Numbered from the stretch's first letter, positions 1 to 11,630 are shown. The stretch: 64,000 nt of DNA from Octopus vulgaris (GCA_951406725.2 OX597824.1:11780001-11844000); one strand, 5' to 3'. The notes: generated from the letters alone by a model not told the origin. Translations and numbers: made by a program.

Positions 1-106
1 TAATAAGGCACTAAAAGAGAATGACTCTCCCCAGACACAACAGAATATGCTTCAACACACGAACTTACATAAAGAATCTTGCAAACCAAATCCCAAAACG
101 AAATAT
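1..106. repeat. Interspersed repeat terminus (probable PLE-type end); related copy at 52757-52910
   Basis: taaggcac...gactctccccagacacaacaga...caaaccaaatcccaaaacgaaatat recurs reverse-complemented at 52757-52857. Confidence 0.6.
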
Positions 107-316
107 CCTCATCTTGTTTGTTGTTAACACAACTTTTCGGCTGATATACCCTCCAGCCTTCTTCAGGTGTCTTGGGGGAAATTTCGAACCTTGGTTCTCA
201 TTCCTAAGGTATTTTTTTCCGATGCTTTTATTGTTGTTGTTGTTGTTCAGGTCACTGCTTGGAATCGAACTCGGAATCTTAGGGTTAGTAGCCCGCGCTC
301 TTAACCACTACGCCAT
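107..316 (-). mobile_element. tRNA-derived SINE with hammerhead-like 3' tail
   Basis: Minus strand has A box TGGCGTAGTGG and B box GAGTTCGATTCC; tail reads GACAC-CTGAAGA-A-GGCTG..CAGCC-GAAAAGTT-GTGTT. Confidence 0.7.
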
Positions 317-376
317 AGGCTGGAGTGAAATTTGTGTTTTTGTGATCACGTGTATGCTGTAGTCTGCGATTCTGTG

Positions 377-465
377 ATGGAGAAGTTGGAACAAAGAACG
401 AACGTGAAATTTTGCATTAACTTGGGAATTCTGCTACAGAGTCTTTGAGCATGCTTCGGCAAGAT
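377..465 (+). pseudogene. mariner transposase N-terminal fragment
   Basis: MEKLEQRTNVKFCI-(frameshift)-LGNSATESLSMLRQ matches the mariner HTH1 start (EQRxxIKFC..LGKSATET..ML). Confidence 0.7.
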
Positions 466-666
466 GTACTGTGGCCTAATGTGGCAGAACCGTCTAAATA
501 ACGGTTCCGTTCAGAAGAGTGGAAAAGAAGATATCACTTCTCGAAGAAAGAACACCGTGTATTGAACATCTCAGAATTAAGTTTTAGTTTTTATACCTTT
601 TAATTGAGGTCTCAGATATGCACAAGTAGAATAAGTTATACAAAATATTTACAGGTGAAAACCATA

Positions 667-822
667 GGCGCAGGAGTGGATGTGTGGTAAGTAGCTTGCT
701 TACCAACCACATGGTTCCGGGTTCAGTCCCACTGCGTGGCACCTTGGGCAAGTGACTTCTACTATAAAGCCTTGTGAGTGGATTTGGTAGACGGAAACTG
801 AAAGAAGCCTGTCGTATATATG

Positions 823-862
<40 letters not shown>

Positions 863-1075
863 CGTGCGTGTATGTCTGTGTGTCCCCCTAGCATTGCTTG
901 ACAACCGATGCTGGTGTGTTTACGTCTCCGTCACTTAGCGGTTCGGCAAAAGAGGCCGATAGAATAAGTACTGGGTTTACAAAGAATAAGTTCTGGGGTC
1001 GCGTTGCTCGACTAAAGGCGGTGCTCCAGCATGGCCGCAGTGAAATGACTGAAACAAGTAAAAGAGTAAAAGAGT
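667..1075 (+). mobile_element. SINE family S1 (tRNA head, CORE-like ccttgggcaagt, internal TA/TG microsatellite, (GTAAAAGA)n tail)
   Basis: Multiple copies in window; near-TSD gtgaaaaccat / gtgaagaccat. Confidence 0.9.
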
Positions 1076-2251
1076 AAGTGAAGACCATGTTCATTTTCTG
1101 TGGAATCCAAGCCATAGCTGTTTAATGGCTACTTGCCGTTACTTGTCTCATGGTGAGATGGAGAGGCACAGAAAATGAATCATGGCAATACAGTTGTATG
1201 AACAATGCAAAGTTACAAACATGAAAGAAAGATGCAGAAAAACAATGTCTGTTCGGGAAGAGAACAAAATGTGTCATACACTGGTACAAGCTAATTTTTT
1301 ATCTTCGACAGGCAAATCTGAAAATATGAACAGTCTTGCTGAAAAAAGAGAAATGTGTGTATGGTGTGTGTGTGTACATATATACAGTGTTTCTTTATGT
1401 TTGTAAGCAAGCGTGTGAAATGCACAATGCTGGTGAGAAAAGAAAAATGCGTGCGGTGTGTGCTCAACAAATAGGGTATATTCACCGGAACAGTTTATGA
1501 CAAGGCAAAGTTATGAAATATAAATTGTCTTGGACAGTTTCTTTGGCCAATGAACCGATCTGCCCGAGCGTGTCATGTAGGGTGAAGAAGAACGTGTTTG
1601 TAAAGTCCGTTTGGTAATAAGTGGAGGAGGTGCTTGTGGTGGTGGATGTGTCTGTGGAAGTGAAAGTGAGAGTGTCTGTTGTATGATGGATGTGTCTGCG
1701 AGTGGTATAAGTGCTTCAGAAAAAGCTTTTTTCACTGTCAATAGAGATAGCCTTTTTTTTTTACCATTAATGTCCACAGTAAACAGATTAGGAGTGCTCT
1801 TTAGAACACGATAGGGACCTGAGTAAGGTGGTGTGAGTGATCCTTTGACGGAACCATTTCATATGAATACATGACTCCATGTGGAAATGTCCGGAGGGAC
1901 TGCAGAAGGCACAGACTGGTCGTGTGGAAGCATTGGTGGTAGGTCAGCGAAGAATGACCTGAGTCGTGTAACATATAATGCAGGATCCACGTTTGGTAGG
2001 TCGACAGGCACCAACATTTGGCGAGGGACCGTCAAAGTAGTGCCATACAAAAGTTCAGCGGAGGAGTAGCCTAGATCCTCCTTTACAGCTGATCGGCAAC
2101 CCAGTAGGACAATGGGAAGAAATTCGGACCAGCGTTAAGGGTCAGGAGCAGCACGAATTTCTGCTGATGGAAACATTCCACTATCCTGTTTACAGCTGGG
2201 TGGTAACTCGTCGTGTGGATATTCTGAACTCCGAGTATACCAATAAGAAAC

Positions 2252-3381
2252 AAGTACGCACTAGTATACCAATAAGAAACTTGATGGAAATGGTGACCTC
2301 CCGTGAAGAAACTGCCTACTTCAGTATGGACACTGATATATATATATATCGACAAGAAGAGGATTTAGCTATGGGTTCGCCATTATCACCGATAATAGCC
2401 AATATATACATGGAATACTTTGAGAGTTTGGCTTTAGGATCAACATCACTAAAACCAACTCTATGGCTGCGATATGTTGATGACACCTTTATACTCTGGC
2501 CCCACCAGGAAGATGTCCAAGTGCTGTTAGATCATGTGAACTCAATAACTCAATGTGAACTCAATATACAGTTCACAATGGAAAAGGAAAAAGACAATCA
2601 GCTGGCATTCCTGGACGTATTAATAACACGCACCAAGTATGGATTCAGGACATCCGTATACTGCAAGCTGACCTTTACTGGACGATACCTCAATTTCAAC
2701 TCTCACCATCCATACAGTGTAGAGAGAGGGATTGGTCAGTGACTAAAACATTGAGCAATGAATATCAGTAGCGATCGTAATACCCCCACGAAGAAATGAC
2801 CAAGCTCAGTAACAATCTATTAAGCAATAACTACCCCAAAAGCATACTCTCCATTCCAATTATGAAGAAAAGAGAGAATGAAACCGATAAACGGTCCACA
2901 GTCTGTCTATCTTATGTGAAAGGCATCTCCGAAAATATACAAAAGATATGCGGCCGATATGACACCAGGATAGTATTCAAGAGTAATACAACACTTCGCA
3001 AATATTTCCTTCGAGTAAAACCACCAATAGAAGAGAATATGACTAAGAACTACGTGTACTCTATTACATGCAGCTGTGGTAAGTCATAGAAAGGCGAAAC
3101 ATGCCGCCCCCTCAAAATAAGGGTAGAGGAACATGGCAAAGCTACGAATGAGGAGATATTGATAAATCGGGTATAGCTGATCATGTATGGAAAAATAGAG
3201 ACCACTTCTTCCTGTGGGATGAAGTTAAAATAATAGACAGAGAACACCACTGGAAAATACGAAAACTAAAAGAAGCAGCACATATGCTATGACACAACAG
3301 CCTCCTAAGTAGACCGAGTGTAGATATGAACAACACATGGGAACCGGTATTAAGGAAGGATATTAAGGAAGATATTAATGA
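2252..3381 (+). mobile_element. Penelope-like element, 5'-truncated RT + GIY-YIG endonuclease pseudogene
   Basis: LAMGSPLSPIIANIYME, LRYVDDTF, IQFTMEKE..LAFLDV, YLNFNSHHP, NNYP, then YVYSITCSCGKS*KGETCRPLKIRVEEH. Confidence 0.92.
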
Positions 3382-3611
3382 AGGCGGCGAGCTGGCAGAA
3401 ACGTTAGCACGCCGGGCGAAATGCGTAGCCGTATTTCGTCTGCCGTTACGTTCTGAGTTCAAATTCCGCCGAGGTCGACTTTGCCTTTCATCCTTTCGGG
3501 GTCGATAAATTAAGTACCAGTTACACACTGGGGTCGATAATCGACTTAATCCATTTGTCTGTCCTTGTTTGTCCCCTCTGTGTTTAGCCCCTTGTGGGTA
3601 GTAAAGAAATA
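3382..3611 (+). mobile_element. SINE family S2 monomer (tRNA head; central gtcgactttgcctttcatcctttcggggtcgataaattaagtacc, MetaSINE-like domain)
   Basis: Many copies in window; 17-bp direct repeat ggtattaaggaaggata at 3346-3362 and 3612-3628. Confidence 0.9.
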
Positions 3612-6239
3612 GGTATTAAGGAAGGATAGGAGAATATTTGATTTATAAACCCTAAAATTCACTCCATAATTGCCCACTACGCCATATGGCGGAAAGCAGG
3701 GGACGATGCACCGTGACCATTTACGATGCAACTTGACCGTTGACACTGTAGATAGACTGTAGATAGACTGTAGATCAAGCAATAATCTGAGATAAGCTTT
3801 ACTGTGGCCGCAATTCCTGAAGTGTGACAGCGAATTCAGGGCGTCAAAAACAGGACGGCGGTGGTGCTCAAGAACATCGAGTATGGTTTCTTCAGAACAT
3901 GGAGGCAGGTGCTCCAATTTGCAACCGGAAAACTGTGGTGATGAGACATCAAGAGAGTTCAAGGAAGGCACCAAATCTATCGAGGCCGGAGACGACAAGG
4001 AAAAAACAAGAAGACGAGACAGGGCATCTGCGGGTATGTCGTCGGTGCCGGCGATATGGCAAATGTCATTAGTGAACCGGGATATGAAATCCAGGTGTCT
4101 TGTTTCTCTCAGCTTTGATAAATAGAGCGAAAGTTAGAGGTTTGTGATCGGTGAATACCGTGAAATCTCTACCCTTGAGGAGTTGAGAGAAGTACTCGCC
4201 TTTCCAAAAACACTATACCGTAATTGGCGAGAGAAAAAAGCCAGTGGCTGGGTTTGACCGTTGACTGATTGCTGTAAAACCGCTTCCACAGCTAGGTCGG
4301 CAGCGTCAACCGTTTAAAGACAGTCTGGCATCAGAGACAGGATGCGCAAGAAAATAAATTTGAGCAAGATCAGCCTCAATGATTTCAAAAGCTTGCGTAG
4401 CGTCAAGAGACAGTGAAACGGGTCATTTTTCTTTCTTTGATCCTTCAAAATCTGGGTCAAGAGAAGCAAACTTCTTCGCGCAGTTAGGGATGAAGCGGTG
4501 ATAGAAATTGATCCGAAAAAATGGCGACGCTGCTTTAAAGACACAGGAGGAGACAAGCGTTTGATGACTTCCACTTTAGAGGGAAGCGGACGAATGCCGT
4601 TGGCATCAATAAGGTGCCCCAAGAATTCCAGGCTGGTAGAATCAAATACACTCTTGGAAGGGTTGATCTTCATATCATAGGAACGAAGACGCTTGAACAG
4701 TTGGGTTATGGGCTTATCTTGAGTACTACTGGCGATTAAGAGTTCCTCGACATATGCGAAGACAAAGTTCAACCCACGAACAACCTCATCAGTGAACCTG
4801 GCCACATTTCGAAGACCAAAAGGCATAGACAAGAACTCAAATGCTCCAAAGGGGGTAGTAACGGCTGTCTTTGAAATGTCATCGGGATTGACAGGAATCT
4901 GATGGTATGCGCATACCAGGACGATTTTAGAAAATAAAACCTTACAGCCATGCTGGGCAGAAGAAAAATCCTGAAAATGGGTATCGGATAACGGTCTGGG
5001 ATATGGACAGTGTTAAGGCGTCTAAAATCTCCCACCGGACGAAAGTCAGCTTCATTCTTCCTGGCCATGTGTAAAGGTGTTTCCCATGGGCTCGAGGAAG
5101 GACGAATAAGACCCAGCTGGAGCATGTGTTGGAATTCACCCCGGGTGGTCCTGTGTTTCTCAGGAGACAAACGACGAGGCCTAGAAAACACTGGAGGTTC
5201 TTTGGTTGTTATGAACTGTTTCGTAGAGTGCACTGGATCCGTTGGATGGAAGGTCAAGTTGGTCATCTCTGGAAACGAAGCGAGTAATTGGAGGTAAGTG
5301 CCCCCAGAAGCAGGCACAAGGAAAGCAGGACTCACCGTAGGAACAGCAGAATTCTTCCCGGAGACAGAGAAATCGGCACCCTCTAACATCCACTAAAAGA
5401 GAATAATGGTGCAGGAAGTCGGCTCCTAGGATCGGGTGAGGAAGGTCGGCAATGGTAAAATCCACTTAAAGTCCCGACGTAAAGATAGGTCCAATGATAA
5501 AGATATCTGACCATAGGTCTTGATGGGAGACTGATTCACCGCGTATAAAAAATACCGGAAGGGTTCAGTTTGGTTGAGATGAACCTTAAGGGCCAAGCAC
5601 TGCAACTCGATCCTGTGTCCACCATAAACAACTTGTTCGAGACGAGATCTCTGATGAAAAAAGCAAGATAATGTGGGAGAGATCTGACGTATCCAGACTC
5701 TCCGAATTTAGTTTACCGATGCCCCAAATGAACAGGGCTTAACATACTGACGTGCGTTCTCCTTGACCCTTGAGTGGTACCAATTCACGGTAGATGGTGT
5801 GGCGACGGGGCTGGAACGACGACGAGAGGAAGATCGACCTTGCAAGCGATGCTGAAGTGTCGCACGTGCACGACACAGGTTGGCGACTTGGGTGTGTTAA
5901 GCGTTCAATAGCTTTTAATGTGGCATCTTCGCCTGTTGAGGTAGACTGTGCCGTCGGAGACGAAGAAGCAGCAGCAACGGTTCTATCAGCCGCGGTGAGG
6001 AAATACCACAATTCTGTCCGCTGAGGCGGCAGTTGGGTGGATTGTACTTGTGTCAACCATATTAGCCAGTATAGTCTGTACATTGTTTAGCAGACGGGAG
6101 AAAAACAACTTCTTGACGAATGAGCTGTCCGCAAGGGCGTCGTAGCTGAGTTCACGGATGTGCCTTAAAAACCCAGAAGAGGTCCTGTTCCTCAGATGTT
6201 CATCCTGCAGTTGGGTGTGGAACTGACTTTCTGAAAGTT

Positions 6240-6615
6240 CTACAAAGTTTTGAAGCGTTTGAGGGAGGACATATGGCAAAGGTGACTGAATCTGGATTCA
6301 TCACGACGACAATGCCCACTGTCACTAAGCTCTCCTCACATGTGAGTTTCTTGCCCAAAACAACATGGTATCGCTTCTCCATTCGCCCTATTCACCAGAT
6401 TTAGCACTTGCGGAATTCCATGTCTTATCCAAGATGAAAATGTAGCCCAGAACTTGCTGTTTTAACACCTTTATCGAAATCCAGAGTGAATCGCAGAAGG
6501 TCCTCAACTTGCTTATAGAAAACAACTGCCAGGCTGGATTCCAAAAGTGGCAGGAATGCTGGGACCGGTGTATTGCTGCACAAGGTGACTATTTCGAAGG
6601 AGATGATGTTAACAC
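6240..6615 (+). pseudogene. mariner transposase C-terminal fragment
   Basis: KRLREDI..WIHHDDNAHCH..HSPYSPDLA..GFQKWQECWDRCIAAQGDYFEGD. Confidence 0.88.
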
Positions 6616-6811
6616 CTACATAAATAAGTTATTAAACATAACTAGACGAAATGAAAGCTGACTCCAGTAGGGTTTGAACTCAGAATGTTGAGGAATGAAA
6701 CTAAACGTCGTAAAGCATGTCTTTCCTGCGGATGTTGATCTCTGCAACAGTTGAAACAGAATATTAGCGGCAAAGGTCGTCTTCCTGACCCAGTAAGTAT
6801 AAATATATATA

Positions 6812-7199
6812 TTCTTTTACTCTTTTACTTGTTTCAGTCATATGACTGTGGCTATGCTGGAGCACCGCCTTTAGTCGAGTAGATCAACCCCAGGACTTAT
6901 TCTTTGTAAGCCTAGTACTTATTCTATCGGTTTCTTTTGCCTAACCGCTAAGTTACGGGGACGTAAACACACCAGCATCGGTTGTCAAGCGATGTTGGGG
7001 GGACAAACACAGACACACAAACATATATACATATATACGACGGGCTTCTTTCAGTTTCCGTCTACCAAATCCACTCACAAAGGCTTTGGTCGGCCCGAGG
7101 CTATAGTAGAAGACACTTGCCCAAGGTACCATGCCCAAGGACTGAACCCGGAACCATGTGGTTGGTTAGCAAGCTACTTACCACACAGCCACTCCTACG

Positions 7200-7203
<4 letters not shown>
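6812..7203 (-). mobile_element. SINE S1
   Basis: Reverse complement of 667-1075. Confidence 0.9.
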
Positions 7204-7278
<75 letters not shown>

Positions 7279-7279
<1 letters not shown>

Positions 7280-7469
7280 TTATAGAAGGAGCTTCTACAG
7301 GACTAGAACTGTTTCATTCAAAAGAAATCATCAGGAAGCTTCCTGATGATTTCTTTTGAATGAAACAGTTCTAGTCCTGTAGAAGCTCCTTCTATAAAAT
7401 AAATTAATTTACTCTGCTATGTATTGAGTACCTTATTTACTGTGGTTAACCCCGACTCAACCCGGGACC

Positions 7470-7472
<3 letters not shown>
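7279..7472. mobile_element. Fold-back (palindromic) PLE-type terminal element in (TA)n
   Basis: Perfect palindrome 7279-7398 centred on AAGCTT plus unique tail; (TA)n on both sides; second copy at 57766-57936. Confidence 0.8.
7333..7390 (+). ncRNA. Type I hammerhead ribozyme fold (mirror copy on - strand 7287-7344)
   Basis: Stem I AGCTTC/GAAGCT, core CTGATGA 7343-7349, stem II TTC-tttt-GAA with U.U closure, GAAA 7362-7365, stem III CAG/CTG, GUA site 7379-7381. Confidence 0.7.
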
Positions 7473-7508
<36 letters not shown>

Positions 7509-7536
7509 AACCACCTTTACTATTTATGTATATATA

Positions 7537-8196
7537 TGTAGTGGATCTTACATGCATGAAGTGGATTCGATCTACCATAGCCAAATTTAAATTAACACTG
7601 CAACAGAACTTTTCCCACGGTGGAACAATGGTTTTTCTCTGACAGCAGTTTTACATTTTCCAGATGCCTTTTAGCTAGGCCGAAATAATGTCTTCACCAC
7701 TTGACCCTTTCTAACCTCTTCTACTTCACCAAAAGCTAGAATAGAGATAACAAGACCACCAACTAAATCTATAGTTCTCAATGATATATCTATCCTTCTG
7801 GATAGTTATATAAGCAAGCACATCCCAAGCAAAAATCAGTTAGTCACGGGAGAAATGACGTTTACTGTCAGCAACTATGAGACAACATCCTACAATTCTC
7901 ACTAGCTCTAATTCTGTTCTCTTACAACATCATTCTATCTCCCTCAGCAATTACTACTAAACAATGAAGAGGACACAAACACAAACTTTACTTCGCATGC
8001 TTTTGGATTTATCACAACCTGCTCGTCGAGGCAAGGTATTTGTAACGTAACGGTAAATAAATACTTTCTTAAAACTTTATGCATCGTTCATCTTTCACAT
8101 CCTACAGTATGCAATTATAACAACGAATTTTTATCGTTACAAATGCTGACTTCGACATTTCATAATATTGTATACCTAATCATATTTATCGTTACA
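7537..8196 (+). mobile_element. Solo LTR family L1, copy A
   Basis: TGTAG...TTACA termini, 4-bp TSD tata, TATA-like tatataag; five related copies in window. Confidence 0.85.
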
Positions 8197-8688
8197 TATA
8201 TATGATATAAATATAGATATAGATATTCGACGTGCTTCCGCACAAATTTCATCTATCAAATTCACTCACAAGATATTGGTTGGTCCGGGGCTATAGCAGA
8301 AAACACTGGTCCAGTGCAGTGAAATTGAATCCAAAACCATGTAGTTGCAAAACAAGATTCTTGACCACACAGGTGGAAGAATTTGAATGTTTATTTGTCT
8401 GCAACTTCTTTCCGGCGAGTTTTTTTTTTATTTATCTTATAAATTAACAATTACCTTTATTTAATTTAATTTGATACCAGCACTAAAAAGTGAGAAAGTA
8501 ACTTGAGCTGTTCATACTCTCCTCGTGAACATCAGTGAATATCGAGTTGTATACCTAGAGTGTGTGCCGCTCAAAGTAGCCCTTGAGTTTTCCCTGACCC
8601 CGACCCTCTCATTCTATACAGGCATATTCAGCAGACCCAAAGTGCCGCCGCTATCGCCCCTTTCACTAGCTACGCTGTGGAAAATACC

Positions 8689-8868
8689 CACCACGAAGAA
8701 ATGGTCAAGCTCAGTAACAATCTATTAAGCAACAACTACCCCAAAAGCATACTCTCCACTCCAATTATGAAGAAAAGACAGGATGAAACCGATAAACGGT
8801 TCACAGTCTGTCTACCCTATGGGAAAGGCCTCTTCGAAAAGATACAAAAGATATGCAGCCCATATGAC
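8689..8868 (+). mobile_element. Internal PLE fragment homologous to ~2785-2964
   Basis: HEEMVKLSNNLLSNNYPKSILSTPIMKKR..VCLPY; flanked by an ~80-bp direct duplication. Confidence 0.85.
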
Positions 8869-9968
8869 ATCATTCTATACGGGCATATTCAGCAGACCCC
8901 AAAGTGCCGCCGTTGTCGCCCCTTTTCCTAGCTACGCTGTGGAAAATACCGCTTTTTATTTAACGGCGTTCGCCATTTTTTTACAAATAAATATAGACTC
9001 CCTTTGATCCGAAACAAGCCCTTCATATTTTAGCAACAGAAGAATAAGGATGTTATGAAATTTATGCATGTCCCCAAGTGCCCTTGCGCTAAAGAATGAA
9101 GCAGAAATCGAAATCACGCCAATATATTACCGCAGTTTACCGTTTACCGTTTACCGCTTGCTCAACATCAGCACCCATGTTATTTACAGATTGATCATGG
9201 ACCTAGAAAGCTCCATCACTTTGTACTTTACATACACTGTTGTATTTAGTTCATATATAATAAAAAGCTATGTTGTTACGCTCTGCATGGAAATTTCCCT
9301 GCGTTAAGTAACAATACAAGAGTTGTCTGAATGAAATAACACACATGCGATAACCGGGCGGTTGTTGCTCATGAGGTTAAAAAATTTTTCACTGGAATTT
9401 ATGAGAGAACCACATTATGTACAAGGAGATTCGTTAACCAATGACAGCATTCATTTTAGAGGCGCCAAAACCGCAAAGCCACATATCGGTCGCTGCTACA
9501 AGACACACACTTTATCCAGTTTACTCATCATTATGATGTCAAAATATTGGATTTTTAATGTTGTCATAAAACCGGACCTAACTTACTCCCACCTCGAGGC
9601 ACTCCTATTCTGGCCAGTTCTCATATTCAAATATCCTGCAACTATCCTCGTATTCATATACCATTCATATATATATTAGTTGTCTGATATAATTTTCCCA
9701 AAATTAATCATTAAATATTCCCCGCTTTAGATTCCTCCTCGCACATACATCCTTTTCTTTCAAGAGCAATTGTTCAACATTGACCTAAATTTTAGAAAAA
9801 AAAATTTCAAGTGCTCCTTCCTTAAAATGAAGAAATTATCGAAGATCCAATAGTATGTTACTAGGCCGGCTATACAGATTTCGAGCGTTCGAAGCTACTT
9901 GAACAATTTCAAACGAACTTTTGTTACGTAGCACATCTTAACCGCGGACCTATTTATAATTTTTCACT

Positions 9969-10912
9969 TACCGTAAATCCTCAAGTATTATCCTCATTTT
10001 TTTCCCAAAATTTAATGGTCAAAATCCCTAGTGCGTATTATATACAAAGTTAAAAATAAAAAATATTTTCTAAGCAATGTCCGAGTCTCTATTTGCAATG
10101 TTTATTCAAACACATTTTGTGATGTCGGGCACGGAAATACCTTAAGCTAAGCCTGAAAGCAATGAAGTCATAAAAGAATCATCCATAACTTGCAGTAAGC
10201 AACATTTATTAAAATAAAAGTATTCAGAATACAGATTAACATGTAATAAAAACAATTTTCAAACATATTTACATTCCCATATAACAGTTAAGAACATCAC
10301 CATTAGTGTATTACGCATGCGCAGAAGTGTTTGTTCGACTAGGTGCTGCTGGCTTAATAGTTTAGCGCTAAATAGTTCATCCTGCTGTTTGTATTGGCAG
10401 CTTGCATCATTACCGTGGCAAACAATAGATACTTAATTAAAAACTAGTATTAAATGTTTGAACTACTGTGGGTCTTTACTAGGGTTTTTTATAGGGAGGA
10501 CTTAAACCTGTACATTAATCTCCAATAAAACATTCTATACATTACATGTCCATAAAATGCCTCGTAGATCTTATTCAGCTATGTTTAAACTTGAAGTTAT
10601 ATCATATGCTGAAGAGCATGGTAATTGGGCCGCCGGAAGAAAATTTGATGTTGACGAAAGCAATGTCAGGTTATGGAGAAGAAATGAAGATGAAATTAAA
10701 CAGATGCCAAAGATAAAAAAGGCAAGAAAGCAATAATAAAGGACGTTACTATATACATTTTTATAAACCAAGGACGTTATATAGACCTCCCTGACTCAAG
10801 TTAGAGAAGGGATGCGTATTATACACAAGGTTTAGGTTTTTCAGAGGTACACCTCCCTAAAATCCCCTGCGTATTATACTCAATGGCGGACTATACTCGA
10901 GGATTTACGGTA
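9969..10912 (+). mobile_element. pogo/Tigger-type non-autonomous DNA transposon
   Basis: TA-CCGTAAATCCTC...GAGGATTTACGG-TA inverted termini; shorter sister copy at 14782-15304. Confidence 0.9.
10557..10736 (+). CDS. 59-aa open frame: Brinker-type HTH DNA-binding domain of a pogo transposase
   Basis: MPRRSYSAMFKLEVISYAEEHGNWAAGRKFDVDESNVRLWRRNEDEIKQMPKIKKARKQ*; expression unknown. Confidence 0.55.
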   Translation: MPRRSYSAMFKLEVISYAEEHGNWAAGRKFDVDESNVRLWRRNEDEIKQMPKIKKARKQ

Positions 10913-10969
10913 TTTCAAACTGAAACCGAGTATAAGATTAACAGAGATTATTTGGACTAATTCATATAA

Positions 10970-11040
<71 letters not shown>

Positions 11041-11046
11041 CATATA

Positions 11047-11630
11047 TACAAGGGGAACTCCAAAACTACCCGCACTTTTGCCATAACATATCTGTATTAT
11101 TGCAGCACTACCTTCTGTGCATGCGTGCTTATAGTTGGTACTATTGTGGTCACATGATCGAAGTTTGAATCCGATTGCGCCATTTTTCTTTCTGGCGTTA
11201 CAGTGTAAACACAGCCCCTCCACTAGCAATGTGCACCAACGAAGAACAAAGATCAGTGATCTGAGAGATGGTAATGATGAACCTGTTCACCATTACCATC
11301 TCTCGAGCTTACTGAATTTTCTCGTCAGTGGTGGAGGTTGACGGGCGCCCTGTTCTCTCTTCGTGCGTCATGCTTGTCCGGCCACTTTTAAACTTCTCAA
11401 TCCACTCATACACACTTCTACGCGGTAGTGCACTGTCCCCCATATTGTGTTAAAAGCCTCCGATGGATTTCAGCACCTGACACGCTTTTCGACTAGAGAA
11501 ATCGGATCACTGCTCTTTATTGTTCTTTGGTGCACATTGCTAGTGGAGCAGCCATGCTTACACTGTAAAACCAGAAAGTAAAATCGCGCAATGACGCTCA
11601 AACTTCGATCACAGAACCACAATAGTACTA
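11047..11630. mobile_element. mariner-derived fold-back made of two 5' ends
   Basis: Minus strand 11281-11555 encodes MAAPLAMCTKEQ*RAVIRFL..AEIHRRL..QYGD..SVYEWIEKFKSGRTS..RTGRPST; 11135-11262 is an inverted copy of the same 5' end; hairpin at 11263-11304; TIR-like tacaagggg at 11047. Confidence 0.85.

Larger units (their letters stand above)
1511..6235 (-). mobile_element. Degenerate Ty3/Gypsy internal region (gag-PR-RT-RH-INT), interrupted by PLE and SINE
   Basis: gag LQDEHLRNRTSSGFLRHIREL (~6100-6230); PR/RT ILGADFLHHY, IRPSSSPW, FRPVGDFRRLN, MPFGLRN, LEFLGHLI; RNase H FTDHKPL (~4135-4155); integrase Zn region RRPVFDALNSLSH (~3820-3870); core end TTSYHPAVNRIVECFH; C-terminus TRSGRSVHWP; many frameshifts; no LTRs found. 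Confidence 0.9.

Noticed and set aside
255-316. tRNA gene
   Set aside because: A and B boxes are present but there is no acceptor stem or terminator; it continues into a SINE body. The same holds for the S1-S4 heads
2167-2742. 191-aa RT ORF as a functional gene
   Set aside because: Chimeric: begins in antisense Gypsy integrase, lacks the RT N-terminus and is followed by stops and frameshifts
6385-6400. Gypsy primer-binding site (minus-strand TGGTGA)
   Set aside because: It is the reverse complement of the mariner YSPDL codons, and no LTR is adjacent
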